From Candidatus Hydrogenedentota bacterium (GTDB lineage Bacteria > Hydrogenedentota > Hydrogenedentia > Hydrogenedentales > SLHB01): a stretch of DNA of 64,000 bases. The translations under genes and the position numbers were made by a program. Under the pieces are notes generated by a model that was given only the letters and a program-made list of their open reading frames with translations, did not search any database and was not told where the DNA came from. Location: contig DAIQLC010000023.1 of the NCBI GenBank assembly GCA_036789645.1, positions 1,065-65,064 of the forward strand, given 5' to 3'. Positions 28,057-38,340 of this stretch are shown one piece after another (positions within the stretch are counted from its first letter, which is position 1; every line of letters starts with the position of its first letter).

Positions 28057-30552
28057 CTACTCCCGCGCACACGGCGCAATCCGGTCCGGCAGCACGCGAA
28101 CCCGTTGCGCCAGCAGCGGCATGGCACGTTCGGCGTTCATGTAGGTGCAGAGCAATACGTCCGGCTCCACCTCGGTGACGGTCCCCATGGCCCAGACGGG
28201 ATAATCGATCACGGTGCCCGCGTCCCAGTGCAGACCGCCGTCGCGGCTGACGTTCACGGCGTAGTGCGGATACCGGTGCGCGCAGACCATCGCTCCGGAA
28301 GCCGTCATCGCCATGGACTGGGCGTATCCCGGGAAGGTTGCGCGGCTGGCGGCATCCCAGGTTGCTCCTCCGTCATAAGACCAGCACTGCCACATGTACG
28401 GGCTGTATACCGGCCGGATCAGGGCTGTCACGGTCTGCCCCATCACCACGGCGGTCGGCTCGGTGAAATCCAGCGAACCCGGGACGGTCCCCCGCTCGGT
28501 GCCGGTCCACGACGGCCGATCCAGCTCGATGGGCGCCGACCATGTCGCACCCGAGTCCGCGCTGCGAATCACATACGCCTTGCAATGGATGGCGCTCCAG
28601 GTGCGGACGTCGGTGAACGTCGCCCCTTCGTCCATTGCATTGCCCAGCAGGAAGCGCATCAGTACGCCGTCACTGTTTTCCGTCACGGGTCCGTAGGGGA
28701 CGAGGTTTTTGGGTGTGACCGGCCATTCGGGCGCGACCGATGAGGCGACCGGCTCGGACCACGTGACGCCGTTGTCTGCCGATTCGCTGATGGAGATCTC
28801 CGGCACGGGGTTCCCCGTCTCGGCCGGGGGCCTGTACAACATGACCATGAGACGCCCGGACGGCGCCGTAAACAGGCCGTTCCCGTAATCGGTGATCATC
28901 CCCAGAAACTCAGGCAGGGATTCGGGCGCCTGCCAGGTCCGGCCGTGGTCCGTTGAACGCACAAGCTGATTTCCCGCCGCAATCAGCACGTCCCCGTTGG
29001 GGGCCACACAGGCGCTGGGCATCTCCGCACTGGACAGGCCGACCGTGAACGCATGCGAGGGAATCTCGATTCCCTCATTCCACGGCGGGGCTTCCGTGGA
29101 TGGTCCGGAGAGCCGCAGGTTGCGGAAGCGGTACCAGCCATAGCCCGCGAGCCCCACAAAACCGGAAGCGTACGTCCCGTCTTCCGCGTTCAGGGCGTGG
29201 CGCCCGTCTACCCACACGTCGAGCGCGGGCCCCCGCGCGGCCACGCGCACGTGGTACCAGCGGTCGGTCTCGCTGGGGACGCCAGGCACCCATTCAGCGG
29301 CGAGATGGCGAAGATAGGCGTCGCCCTCAAGCTTGGCCACGGCGGCCCAGAAGTGTTTTGCACGAAGCTGTTGCCCGCCCCACGGGAAATACACCAGGTA
29401 CGCGTGGTTAAGGTCCTGCCCGCGCAGCAGCACCCCCGCGCTCCCCGTGCCGGTCTCGCGATAGTCCCCGTTGAATTCGAATTCGAGTTCGAAATCGCCG
29501 TAGCCGTTCGCGAGCCGGAATGCGCGGCTGTGAAGGTTGCGCGCATCGGGCGGCCGGATGACGCCCTCGGCATCCTGGGTCCATGCGTCGCCGGAGAACC
29601 GCCAATGCTCGTCCAGCGCCAGTGCCTCGGCGGGAGGCGCGCCTGGTGCTTCAGGGGCCGCTTCCGGAGAGCCCACCGTCTGCCCGCCGACGCGCTGGAC
29701 CCACTCCGCCGCACGGCCCACGATGGCGGCATCGTTTGTGATCGTGAGAAACACCATGCCCTCGATCCGCTTCGCGTGCGCGAGTCGCAGCGCGGTGGCG
29801 GTCTGCTGCTCGAACTGCGCCGCCGTCATGGGCCTGTTGTTGCCGTAATCGTAAAGATACAGCCCCAGGACGATCGGCGTTTCCGGAAACCGCTCCTTGA
29901 GACGGGCGACCGATTCTTCGATCTGACCCAGATCCGTGGCATGCCATACCCAGAGGGTGATCACGTCAAGTTCGCGAAGGTAATCGTCGAGATTGGGAAT
30001 GTCGAGGTTCATGGTGTACACCACCCCCCAGAGTTTCACCTGGGGGCATTGCGCTCGCAGCAGCGTGCGCAGCGCGGTGAGGTGTCCGGGCTGGAAGCCC
30101 CGTCCGATCATCTGGCTGGTCATATCATCGAGCAGGGCGCCCTCGAGCTGCGGGCAGGCGCGCGCAACGGTCGCGAGACGCGCCACTGTCTGTGTGTACT
30201 CGAATGGCGGACCGCCGTTGGCCTCATCGCACCCGATTTCCCATACCAGCCGCGGCGCATGGGCCACGGCCGCCATCTGGGCCATTGCCGCGGCCTCATC
30301 GCGCGGGAGACCGTTCCCCGCCATCGCGATATTGGGGACACCGAGAAGCTGAGCCCGTTCCGCGGGCGACGCCTGCGCAAAGGCGCCCAGGCCATGCGGC
30401 CCCGGTTCCGCCATCTCCGCGTTGCCCCAGACCCAGAGCAGTTCGCGAATCGTGCGCCCTTCCGCCAGCGCCTGCGCATCGGCCGCCATGCCCGCCGCGG
30501 CCACGAGCCAGAGACCCGTCACCGCCACTCGAACCGGAATACCCGTTCTCAT
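28057..30552 (-). CDS. Secreted multidomain protein: TIM-barrel-like N-domain, DUF1080 (LamG-like 3-keto-disaccharide hydrolase fold) and BNR/sialidase-like beta-propeller
   Basis: Signal peptide after MRTGIPVRVAVTGLWLVAAAG. The middle segment (GDFELEFEF...VLLRG...GFVGL) is DUF1080-like. C-terminal repeats SxDxGxTW (STDHGRTW, SADNGVTW, SADSGATW, YDGGATWD). Confidence 0.75.
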   Translation of the reverse strand: MRTGIPVRVAVTGLWLVAAAGMAADAQALAEGRTIRELLWVWGNAEMAEPGPHGLGAFAQASPAERAQLLGVPNIAMAGNGLPRDEAAAMAQMAAVAHAPRLVWEIGCDEANGGPPFEYTQTVARLATVARACPQLEGALLDDMTSQMIGRGFQPGHLTALRTLLRAQCPQVKLWGVVYTMNLDIPNLDDYLRELDVITLWVWHATDLGQIEESVARLKERFPETPIVLGLYLYDYGNNRPMTAAQFEQQTATALRLAHAKRIEGMVFLTITNDAAIVGRAAEWVQRVGGQTVGSPEAAPEAPGAPPAEALALDEHWRFSGDAWTQDAEGVIRPPDARNLHSRAFRLANGYGDFELEFEFNGDYRETGTGSAGVLLRGQDLNHAYLVYFPWGGQQLRAKHFWAAVAKLEGDAYLRHLAAEWVPGVPSETDRWYHVRVAARGPALDVWVDGRHALNAEDGTYASGFVGLAGYGWYRFRNLRLSGPSTEAPPWNEGIEIPSHAFTVGLSSAEMPSACVAPNGDVLIAAGNQLVRSTDHGRTWQAPESLPEFLGMITDYGNGLFTAPSGRLMVMLYRPPAETGNPVPEISISESADNGVTWSEPVASSVAPEWPVTPKNLVPYGPVTENSDGVLMRFLLGNAMDEGATFTDVRTWSAIHCKAYVIRSADSGATWSAPIELDRPSWTGTERGTVPGSLDFTEPTAVVMGQTVTALIRPVYSPYMWQCWSYDGGATWDAASRATFPGYAQSMAMTASGAMVCAHRYPHYAVNVSRDGGLHWDAGTVIDYPVWAMGTVTEVEPDVLLCTYMNAERAMPLLAQRVRVLPDRIAPCARE

Positions 30553-30612
30553 GACCCGCCCCTCCGCACCGTGTTCAGACACACGCCGCCCCGTCAACAC
30601 CGTCCAGAAGAA

Positions 30613-32454
30613 TCAGTACGCGCGAATCTCAAAAATGCGGGCGTGGTCGAGGCCGTTCGTCGCCGTCACGGTCACCCGGAGCGCCGAGACGTCCCCCGAC
30701 GGTTTCACCTTGTGCACCCGCCGGCGCTGGTAATTGCCTTTGACGTCGACGAGGGATTGCCAGCCGTCCGCGCATTTCGCCTCGATGGTGTAATCTCGGA
30801 CGGTTTCGGGCTGCGGCCGGCCCCAGTCCATCCGGGCGGCGTACGCGTCGGAATGCGTCAGCGTCAACACGCGGTGCATGCCCGTGTCGAAGATTAACTG
30901 CAGTTCGGATAGCGGCACCGGCTTGTCCCAGCGCAACTGGATCCACGCCGGCAGCCCGGCGCCCGGATCGCTCATCCAGCGGTGCAGGCCCGGCGCCGCG
31001 CGCTCGGGTTTCACCCCGCGGGGCCCGTGGGTGGAACGCGTCGGTCCCGAGATCACCTGGGCCGCCCCTCCATTGGGCTGGGCGCTCGACGCGGCCACCT
31101 TGGCGTCGCGGGCGCGGTCGTTCGGGTCCAGGTTCACCGCTCCGATCAGGTAGGCGTCGTCGCGCAGCAGGCGTTGCTGGATCGTGGTCATGCTCTGCGG
31201 GTCCGCGACCAGGTCCGCGGGTTCGATGTTGTGTTTTGCGGCATAGGCCGCCGCGGTGCCCACGCCCTGCCCGAGGGCGGCGCAGGTCGCCATCACGCGC
31301 GTGGAGGCAAACGCGATGTGCGTGGCCGAGATGTTGCGGCCCGCGAACATCAGATTGCGCGGCCCGGCGGAAACGCAGGCCCGGAGCGGAATGTCGTACA
31401 CGTGCTCGAGCTGGCGCTGCATGCACGGGTGTTCGTCCGGAGCGTCCACCCCTTCCGGGGGATGCGTATCGATGGGCCAGCCGCCGTACGCGATCGCGTC
31501 GTCAAACGGCCGCGACTTCTGCAGGTCCTGTTGCGTCAGCGTGTATTGGCCGATGAACCGCCGGCTCTCCCGTTTCCCGGGGACGAAGCCAAACCAGTCC
31601 AGCACCCAGGTGTCCGCTCCGTGATCGCCGCCGTTCTTGATGTGATCCCAGATCCCCAGCAAAATCGCGAGCAGCTCATCGCGAATGACCTCGTTGTCCT
31701 TGATGACATCGAGATGCCCGCCCCACTCCAGCCACCAGTAGCCGTATTCGAGACCCCGATCGATGCCCACTTGCGCGTGCGGACGGTGCTCGAGGTCGTC
31801 TTCGGTAAACTTGCGCGCCCACGGCGGCGGGGTGAACGGCACGGGATGGCCCAGGTCGCGTCCCATGAAGAGGAGCGATGACCCCAGGGTCTTGTCGTCC
31901 GCCGTCTCGGGCGCAAACGACTCGCCAAACGCGTCGCGCCCCTCGCGTCCCGCGCGGAACGGCGCCTGCGCCTCCACCCCGAGACGGCCGTCGCCGGTGC
32001 AATCCACAAACACCTTGGCCGCGATGGTGAAGCGGTCCTCGGTGGATTCCCGGTGCGCGATGGCGTGGGTGATGCGCGTGCCCTGAGTCTTCGCGCCGAC
32101 GACCGCCGTGTTCAGCATGAGCTGGAGACGGGGTTCGGCGCGGCACTTGTCGTAAAGAATCAGGTCCAGCATCGACGCCGACCGCTGGGGGTTGTGCACA
32201 GTCGTATCGAGCCGGATCTCCTCGATGATGCCGCCTTCGCGGGTCTCGGTCTCGAGTTCCGCGCCGCGCCCGCCCGAACAGTCCGCGCCGACAATGTGCA
32301 TGCGGATTTCGCTGGAGGCGTTGCCGCCCAGGACCGGGCGATCCTGGCACAGGATCACGTTGGCGCCCAGCCGGGCCGCGGCCAGCGCGCACGGGACGCC
32401 CGCCGGGCCTCCGCCCGCCACCAGGATGTCGCAGTTCAGGTCGTGCTGATCCAT
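30613..32454 (-). CDS. FAD-dependent oxidoreductase (FAD_oxidored family) with C-terminal discoidin/F5-8-type-C-like domain
   Basis: DILVAGGGPAGVPCALAAARLGANV Rossmann GxGxxG. The C-terminal approx 150 aa is a beta-sandwich. Start at ATG 32454. Confidence 0.75.
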   Translation of the reverse strand: MDQHDLNCDILVAGGGPAGVPCALAAARLGANVILCQDRPVLGGNASSEIRMHIVGADCSGGRGAELETETREGGIIEEIRLDTTVHNPQRSASMLDLILYDKCRAEPRLQLMLNTAVVGAKTQGTRITHAIAHRESTEDRFTIAAKVFVDCTGDGRLGVEAQAPFRAGREGRDAFGESFAPETADDKTLGSSLLFMGRDLGHPVPFTPPPWARKFTEDDLEHRPHAQVGIDRGLEYGYWWLEWGGHLDVIKDNEVIRDELLAILLGIWDHIKNGGDHGADTWVLDWFGFVPGKRESRRFIGQYTLTQQDLQKSRPFDDAIAYGGWPIDTHPPEGVDAPDEHPCMQRQLEHVYDIPLRACVSAGPRNLMFAGRNISATHIAFASTRVMATCAALGQGVGTAAAYAAKHNIEPADLVADPQSMTTIQQRLLRDDAYLIGAVNLDPNDRARDAKVAASSAQPNGGAAQVISGPTRSTHGPRGVKPERAAPGLHRWMSDPGAGLPAWIQLRWDKPVPLSELQLIFDTGMHRVLTLTHSDAYAARMDWGRPQPETVRDYTIEAKCADGWQSLVDVKGNYQRRRVHKVKPSGDVSALRVTVTATNGLDHARIFEIRAY

Positions 32455-32498
32455 AAACTCCCCTCTCCCGGTATCCGGCCGGCGCGCATCCCGCCGGC

Positions 32499-33338
32499 TC
32501 ACTGCGGGAACAAATAGTCTATCAGCGCAGGGCCGTCCGAGAAATCGGGCACCATGATGTCCGCGCCCGCCTTGACCAGCCGCGGATACTTGTCCATGTT
32601 CCATCCGTAGCCCCGGATTTCGTCCGAAGCCACGCCGACCGACACGCAGTCGTTGTCTCGGGCGTTGCGAATCTCGACGGGGCCATCGCCTACAATCAGC
32701 ACCTCAGAACCGTGGAGATTGTTGGTGGCGATGATCTCCTTGAGCACCATTTCCTTGTTGTAGTCCTTGTATTCGCGGAGCGCGCCCCAGATCTCCTGAA
32801 AATACGGCGCGACACCCACCAGACGCGATTCGTTGCGCACGTCGTCGCGGTCCGTACCACTGAAGATGTACATCGTGACGTCCTTCCGGGACAGGCGCTC
32901 CAGGAAATCCAGCGCGCCGCGCAGCGTGACGTCTTTCGGCGTGAGCGTGCCGGTCTCCAGTTCCTTGATGCGCTCGTTCACGCGTTCCATCAGGCGATCG
33001 TTGTAGATCTGCTTGTATCCCTGCGCGTCGAGGATCTGGTCTTCGGGCACGAGACCGCGGGCGCGCACCATCTCGACCAGCCGTTCCATCTGCAGGATGG
33101 TCTGGATGCCCGTCGACTCCTCGATGTACTCGCGCACCTCGTCTTCGATCTCGGGCAGGCACGACGGAGAGCCGCCCCCGCTGATCATCTCGACCATGAG
33201 CGGGCCCATGACGAGTTGCCAGCCTTCGCGCAACAGGCTGACCGTTCCGTCAAAGTCGAACAGGACGTGCTTGAAACGGCCCCGCTCGACCTCGTTGATG
33301 ACTTCGATTTCCGTTCCGGGAAGTTTTGTGCCTTTCAT
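32499..33338 (-). CDS. HAD-superfamily hydrolase/phosphatase
   Basis: FDFDGT motif I, SGT motif II region and GDG(P)V(E)...D motif IV. Confidence 0.8.
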   Translation of the reverse strand: MKGTKLPGTEIEVINEVERGRFKHVLFDFDGTVSLLREGWQLVMGPLMVEMISGGGSPSCLPEIEDEVREYIEESTGIQTILQMERLVEMVRARGLVPEDQILDAQGYKQIYNDRLMERVNERIKELETGTLTPKDVTLRGALDFLERLSRKDVTMYIFSGTDRDDVRNESRLVGVAPYFQEIWGALREYKDYNKEMVLKEIIATNNLHGSEVLIVGDGPVEIRNARDNDCVSVGVASDEIRGYGWNMDKYPRLVKAGADIMVPDFSDGPALIDYLFPQ

Positions 33339-33347
33339 AGAACCTCG

Positions 33348-33869
33348 TTATTCCACCATGAATTTGACCAGTGTATGCACCGGATACCCCTGCAACTGTT
33401 CGCGGCCCTTCAACAACGGCAGCTCGATCACGAATGCCATCTCGACGATCTCCGCGCCGAGCCGCTCAACCAGGCGGGCCACGGCGCTCATCGTGCCGCC
33501 CGTCGCCAGCAGATCGTCAATCAGCACGACCCGGTCGCCCGCGCGCAAGGCATCCTTGTGCACCTCAAGCGAATCCGTCCCGTATTCGAGCTGGTACGAC
33601 TCCGAGAGCGTCTCGGCGGGGAGCTTGCCGGGCTTGCGCACCGGCACAAACGGCACCCCCAGCGCGTACGCGAGCGCGCCGCCGAACATGAACCCGCGGG
33701 CCTCGGCGCCAACAACCGCGTCCACGCGCTGCTCCGCATAGCGTTCCCGCCAGCCGTCAATCACGCTCCGGAAGGCCGGGCCGTTCTTCAGCAGCGTCGT
33801 GATGTCCTTGAACTGTATCCCCGGTTTGGGGAAATCGGGCACATTGCGAATCAGCGGCGCCAAGTCCAT
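33348..33869 (-). CDS. apt: Adenine phosphoribosyltransferase
   Basis: FKDITTLL, VLIDDLLATGGT PRPP-binding motif. 173 aa. Confidence 0.95.
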   Translation of the reverse strand: MDLAPLIRNVPDFPKPGIQFKDITTLLKNGPAFRSVIDGWRERYAEQRVDAVVGAEARGFMFGGALAYALGVPFVPVRKPGKLPAETLSESYQLEYGTDSLEVHKDALRAGDRVVLIDDLLATGGTMSAVARLVERLGAEIVEMAFVIELPLLKGREQLQGYPVHTLVKFMVE

Positions 33870-33992
33870 CCGGTAAGGTCCCTCTCTCTACGGGCAACAG
33901 ACGGCCGCCCCCGGGGCGGCGCGCAGCGTTATACAGGCGGGACGGGGGGCGATTCAACCGCCGGGCGCGCCTGACAGCCCATCCCGGCGCCC

Positions 33993-34823
33993 TTACGGCC
34001 GGAAATCGTCCGAGTGTTCCGCAACAAACACGCGCAGCCGGCGCATCACGTCCTTCTCGATCTGCCGGATCCGTTCCCGGGTCAGTCCGAACTGTTTGCC
34101 CGTTTCCTCGAGGGTATGCGCCTCGCCGTCCATCAATCCGTACCGGAAACGCATGATCTCCGCTTCGCGTCCCGTCAGCTGCTGCATGAGCTGCTCGAGC
34201 TGCTGATCCACTTCGATCTGCGCAATGGCTTCGTCGATGCGGCGCGGTTCGAGGCTCTCGGGAATGCCGCGGCCCGCGTCTTCGTCCGTGGTCTCGAGCT
34301 TATCGAGCGGGCTGACATCTTCCACGAACGATTGCAGTTTCTTCGCTTCCGCGACCTTGATGCCCAGCACACGTGCGACTTCTTCCGGCTCGGGTTTCTT
34401 GCCGGTCTTGATGTAGAGTTCCTCGGCGGCCTTTTTGTATTTCGCGATGTTGTCGGTCACATAGACCGGGATGCGCACGGTGCGCCCATAGTTCGACAGC
34501 GCGCGCGTAATCGCCTGGCGGATCCACCACGTGGCATAGGTCGAGAACTTGCAGCCGCGCTCGGGATCGTAGCGTTCCACCGCCTTCAACAACCCGACAT
34601 TGCCTTCCTCGATCAGGTCCTGCAGCGGCAATCCGTAATACAGGTATTTCTTCGCGATGCTGACCACAAGGCGAAGGTTGGAAACGATCAGCTTGCGGCG
34701 CGCCTCGCCGTCTCCCTGCTGCGCCCGGCGGGCCAGACGGACCTCTTCCGTCGTCGAGAGCAAGGGAATCCTTGAGATCTCGCCCAGATAGGTGCTTAAG
34801 CTGCCGTCCTTCACCTTCTGCAT
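33993..34823 (-). CDS. RNA polymerase sigma factor, sigma-70 family (group 2/3, RpoS/RpoH-like size)
   Basis: Regions 2-4 ([36 protein letters not shown], region 4 [22 protein letters not shown]). First ATG at 34823. A GTG-initiated extension to 34871 is possible. Confidence 0.85.
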   Translation of the reverse strand: MQKVKDGSLSTYLGEISRIPLLSTTEEVRLARRAQQGDGEARRKLIVSNLRLVVSIAKKYLYYGLPLQDLIEEGNVGLLKAVERYDPERGCKFSTYATWWIRQAITRALSNYGRTVRIPVYVTDNIAKYKKAAEELYIKTGKKPEPEEVARVLGIKVAEAKKLQSFVEDVSPLDKLETTDEDAGRGIPESLEPRRIDEAIAQIEVDQQLEQLMQQLTGREAEIMRFRYGLMDGEAHTLEETGKQFGLTRERIRQIEKDVMRRLRVFVAEHSDDFRP

Positions 34824-35255
34824 GCTGTTGCCCCAGTTGTACACCGCGCCCGACGCGGTGCAAAAACGCACCCGGACTTGCGAGATCCCGCCGGGCTGTG
34901 CACGGCTTTCACCACCTGCAACGACTTAAGGTAGTCTGGTTTACTGCAACTTGTCAAACGATTTAGCTCATTTCCGGGGCTTTTCACGGCGCAGGGGCCG
35001 TACCTTTCGCGCCTTTTCAACGTTTTCACATACGGGCCCGCTCGAAGTGCCGGTTCACGCGCGCGAGCGGCGAGCGCCAAACGCCACACCAGGCATAAAT
35101 CGAACAACCCGCAACACCGCGATATTCGTGGCCGCCGCGGTCAGTCCGGCCCGGAGAACGCCGTCCGCGGGGGCAGCCGCGGGTTCCCGTTCGAAGGCCG
35201 CCACAGGCCACGGCAACTTGACATTCAGCAGGGCAGACGACAGAATCCCCGCGTT

Positions 35256-35750
35256 ATGCAGGACGAGAATCAGAGATACATGGGCTACGCCCTGCGTGAA
35301 GCCCAGCGCGCCATGGACATCGGCGAGGTGCCCATCGGTTGCGTCATTGTCAGCGATGGGCAGATCGTCGGAAAGGCCCACAACCAGCGCGAACTGTTGC
35401 AGGACCCCACCGCCCATGCCGAAATCCTCGCGATCACCCAGGCGGCCGCGCACTTCCAGAGCTGGCGCCTGGAAGGCGCCAAACTCTACGTCACGCTCGA
35501 ACCGTGCGCGATGTGCGCCGGCGCCATCATCCTCGCCCGGATCGCCGAGGTCTACTTCGGCGCCTACGACCCCAAGGCGGGCGTCTGCGGCAGCCTCATG
35601 AATCTCCTCGAGGATTCCCGGTTCAACCACAACCCGAAACTGTACCCGGGTCTCCTGGCCGACGAGTGCGGCGCGCTCCTCAGCGGATTTTTCCGGCGCA
35701 TCCGCGAAGACGCCTCCCAGCACCCCAAACCCGGCCCCCACCGGAACTGA
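35256..35750 (+). CDS. tadA: tRNA adenosine(34) deaminase
   Basis: HAEILAI ... TLEPCAMCAGAI CDA zinc motifs. 164 aa. Confidence 0.9.
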   Translation: MQDENQRYMGYALREAQRAMDIGEVPIGCVIVSDGQIVGKAHNQRELLQDPTAHAEILAITQAAAHFQSWRLEGAKLYVTLEPCAMCAGAIILARIAEVYFGAYDPKAGVCGSLMNLLEDSRFNHNPKLYPGLLADECGALLSGFFRRIREDASQHPKPGPHRN

Positions 35751-35939
35751 GGCGGTCTTCGGCCGGGCTTCGCAACGCCCGGGTGGTGCGGACTTCATAA
35801 CGCCTCCCCGGACTTGCTATACTCTGTCGTATTCTGCGAATGCCGCGCATGAGACCCCTGTTCGGGGGGAACGGATGCGGCGCCGCGCGGCAATCCCCGC
35901 GGAGAGCCGCCGCCTGAATGGCAACAAAGGGAACGGATT

Positions 35940-36701
35940 ATGAGCGATGTACTGCCCCAGTTGATCGAGATGACGCGTTACCTGGCCGACCCCGCAAAAG
36001 GTCTGGCCATCCTCGGAGAAGGCAACACGTCGGCGCGCATCGATGACGACACCTTTTACGTCAAGGCCTCCGGGTCTTCGATGGTCAATATCGACGCCAA
36101 CGGGTTCGTGAAGGTCTCGATTTCCAAGGTGATTGCGCTGCTGGACGCTCCGGACGCGGGCGACGCGGAAGTGCAGGAGGTTTTCCAGAACGCCATGATT
36201 GACGCCCCGGAAGGGAAACGGCCGTCGGTCGAGGCCATCCTCCACGCCATCCTGCTTCAGGTGCCCGAATTCGCGTTCGTCGGCCACACCCACCCGAGCT
36301 ACACCAACATGATCCTGTGTTCGAGGAACTGCGCCGAGGCCGCGCGCGGCCGCCTCTTCCCCGACCAGATCGTTTCGATGAAACACAAGTCGGTCTATGT
36401 GCCGTATACCGACCCGGGCCTGCCGCTTGCCCGCGAGGTCAAGCGGCGCTTCGAGGCGTTCGTGGACGAGGAAGGCGTGCTGCCTTCGGTGATCCTGATG
36501 CAGAACCACGGGCTCATCGTCATGGGCAACACCCCCCGCGCCGTGGCCAGCGCCACGGACATGACCGAGAAAGCGTCGAAGGTCCTTGTGGGCACGTATG
36601 CCATGGGCGGCCCGCATTTTCTTGCGCCGAAAGACGTTGAGCGCATCTTCACGCGGCCCGACGAGGCCTACCGCCTGAAATCCATCACCGGAAATCAATA
36701 A
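35940..36701 (+). CDS. Class II aldolase/adducin-family protein (fuculose/rhamnulose-1-phosphate-aldolase-like)
   Basis: Class II aldolase fold with metal-binding His cluster (FVGHTHPSY, MQNHGLIVMG). Confidence 0.8.
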   Translation: MSDVLPQLIEMTRYLADPAKGLAILGEGNTSARIDDDTFYVKASGSSMVNIDANGFVKVSISKVIALLDAPDAGDAEVQEVFQNAMIDAPEGKRPSVEAILHAILLQVPEFAFVGHTHPSYTNMILCSRNCAEAARGRLFPDQIVSMKHKSVYVPYTDPGLPLAREVKRRFEAFVDEEGVLPSVILMQNHGLIVMGNTPRAVASATDMTEKASKVLVGTYAMGGPHFLAPKDVERIFTRPDEAYRLKSITGNQ

Positions 36702-36729
36702 CCACGAACACCGAGAAGGAGATGCCGTT

Positions 36730-38340
36730 GTGGGTACAATAAACGACTATCGCGAGGCCGGCTCCCCCTTGCCGAAGACCTACCAGGCGTGGCAGATTTT
36801 CGGCGCGGGATTTGACAATATCGGCAAGGACGGCAAACCGACCACCCTCGAATTGCGTCCACCGAAGGACAATGAGATCCTCCTGCGGGTGGACGCGCTG
36901 GGCCTGTGCCTTTCCGACATCAAGATCATCCGGCAGGGCAGCGCCCATCCCCGGCTGCGCGGCCGCGACCTGGCCACCGATCCCACGGTACTCGGCCACG
37001 AATGCTCCGTGACCGTGGTCGCCGTGGGCACGCAGTGGCAGGACATGTTCAAGAAGGGCGAGCGGTACATCGTGCAGGCCGACATCTATTACAAAGGTCT
37101 GAACTACGCCTTCGGCTACCTCATCCCCGGCGGCCTGGCCCAGTACTGCTACCTCGATGAACGCGCCCTCGCCGGCGACGAAGGCTGCTACCTGCTGCCC
37201 GTCCGCGACGAGACCGGCTACAGCCAGTCGGCCCTTTCGGAACCCTGGGCCTGCGTCGAGATGTCCTACAACCTCGAAGACCGGCTCGAGCCGAAATCCG
37301 GCGGGGCGATGCTCGTCGTCGCCACCGATACCGACGCCGCGAAACGCGCCTATCCCGGCGCGAAGGTCGCCCTGCCCAACCCCGACACCATGCCGGACGG
37401 CCCGTTTGACGACATCGTCGTCACGGAGCCCACGCCGGGGGTCGTGGATGCCCTCGCCGGCCGACTCGCGCCGGGCGGCGTCATGTTCCTGCTCGGAGAC
37501 CCCGCCGAAGACGGCATGGTCACCCTGGACATCGGCCGAATCCATTACGAAAACATGCGGTTCTTCGGCGGCGGCGATGACGTTGCCGCGGCAGGCAAGG
37601 CCAATGCGCGCGCAGACCTCCTGCCCCAGGGCAGTTCGCTGTTCATCGGCGCGGGCGGCCCCATGGGGCAGATGCACGTCCAGCGGGCCATCGAACTCCC
37701 CTGCGGCTCCAAACGCGTCGTCGTGACCGACCTGGACCGCCAGCGGCTCGACCACATCGAAATGCGATTCGGCGAGATGGCCAAAGCCAAAGGCGTGGAA
37801 CTGTTCACCCTGTCCCCCTCTGAATTCGGGTCGCAGGATGAGATGAACGCGAAGATCCGCGAGCTGTCGCCCAACGGCTACAACGACGTGTGCGTGCTCG
37901 CCCCGGTCGCCCCGCTGGTCACGCAGGCCTGCGGGTTCGCGGCCGACAACGCGCTCGTGAACGTGTTTGCGGGCATTCCCATCGGCAACCCCGCCCAGAT
38001 CCGGCTCGGCGACCTGTGCCGGGGCATCAAGATCATCGGATCCAGCGGCTCGCGGATCCGGGACCTGCGCCGCATCCTCGAAATGGTCGAGCAGGGCGAG
38101 CTGAACACCGACATGAGCGTCGCCGCCATCGGAGGATTGAACAGCGCCCGCGAAGGTCTGGAAGGCGTGCGGGACGCGCGCTTCCCCGGGAAGACGGTCA
38201 TCTACACCCAGATCATCGACCTGCCCCTGATGGGCCTCGATGAAATTCCCGAGCGCATCCCCGAGCTCAAGGATAAGCTGGGCCCCCAAGGCTGCTGGAC
38301 CAAGGAGGCTGAGGCCGCATTGTTGGAGAAATACCTGTAA
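36730..38340 (+). CDS. Zinc-dependent alcohol dehydrogenase (MDR superfamily), unusually long at 536 aa
   Basis: GroES-like N-domain with the GHECSV catalytic-zinc motif. Rossmann GxGxxG (IGAGGPMG). GTG start at 36730 per the ORF track. About 150 aa longer than typical MDR enzymes. Confidence 0.8.
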   Translation: MGTINDYREAGSPLPKTYQAWQIFGAGFDNIGKDGKPTTLELRPPKDNEILLRVDALGLCLSDIKIIRQGSAHPRLRGRDLATDPTVLGHECSVTVVAVGTQWQDMFKKGERYIVQADIYYKGLNYAFGYLIPGGLAQYCYLDERALAGDEGCYLLPVRDETGYSQSALSEPWACVEMSYNLEDRLEPKSGGAMLVVATDTDAAKRAYPGAKVALPNPDTMPDGPFDDIVVTEPTPGVVDALAGRLAPGGVMFLLGDPAEDGMVTLDIGRIHYENMRFFGGGDDVAAAGKANARADLLPQGSSLFIGAGGPMGQMHVQRAIELPCGSKRVVVTDLDRQRLDHIEMRFGEMAKAKGVELFTLSPSEFGSQDEMNAKIRELSPNGYNDVCVLAPVAPLVTQACGFAADNALVNVFAGIPIGNPAQIRLGDLCRGIKIIGSSGSRIRDLRRILEMVEQGELNTDMSVAAIGGLNSAREGLEGVRDARFPGKTVIYTQIIDLPLMGLDEIPERIPELKDKLGPQGCWTKEAEAALLEKYL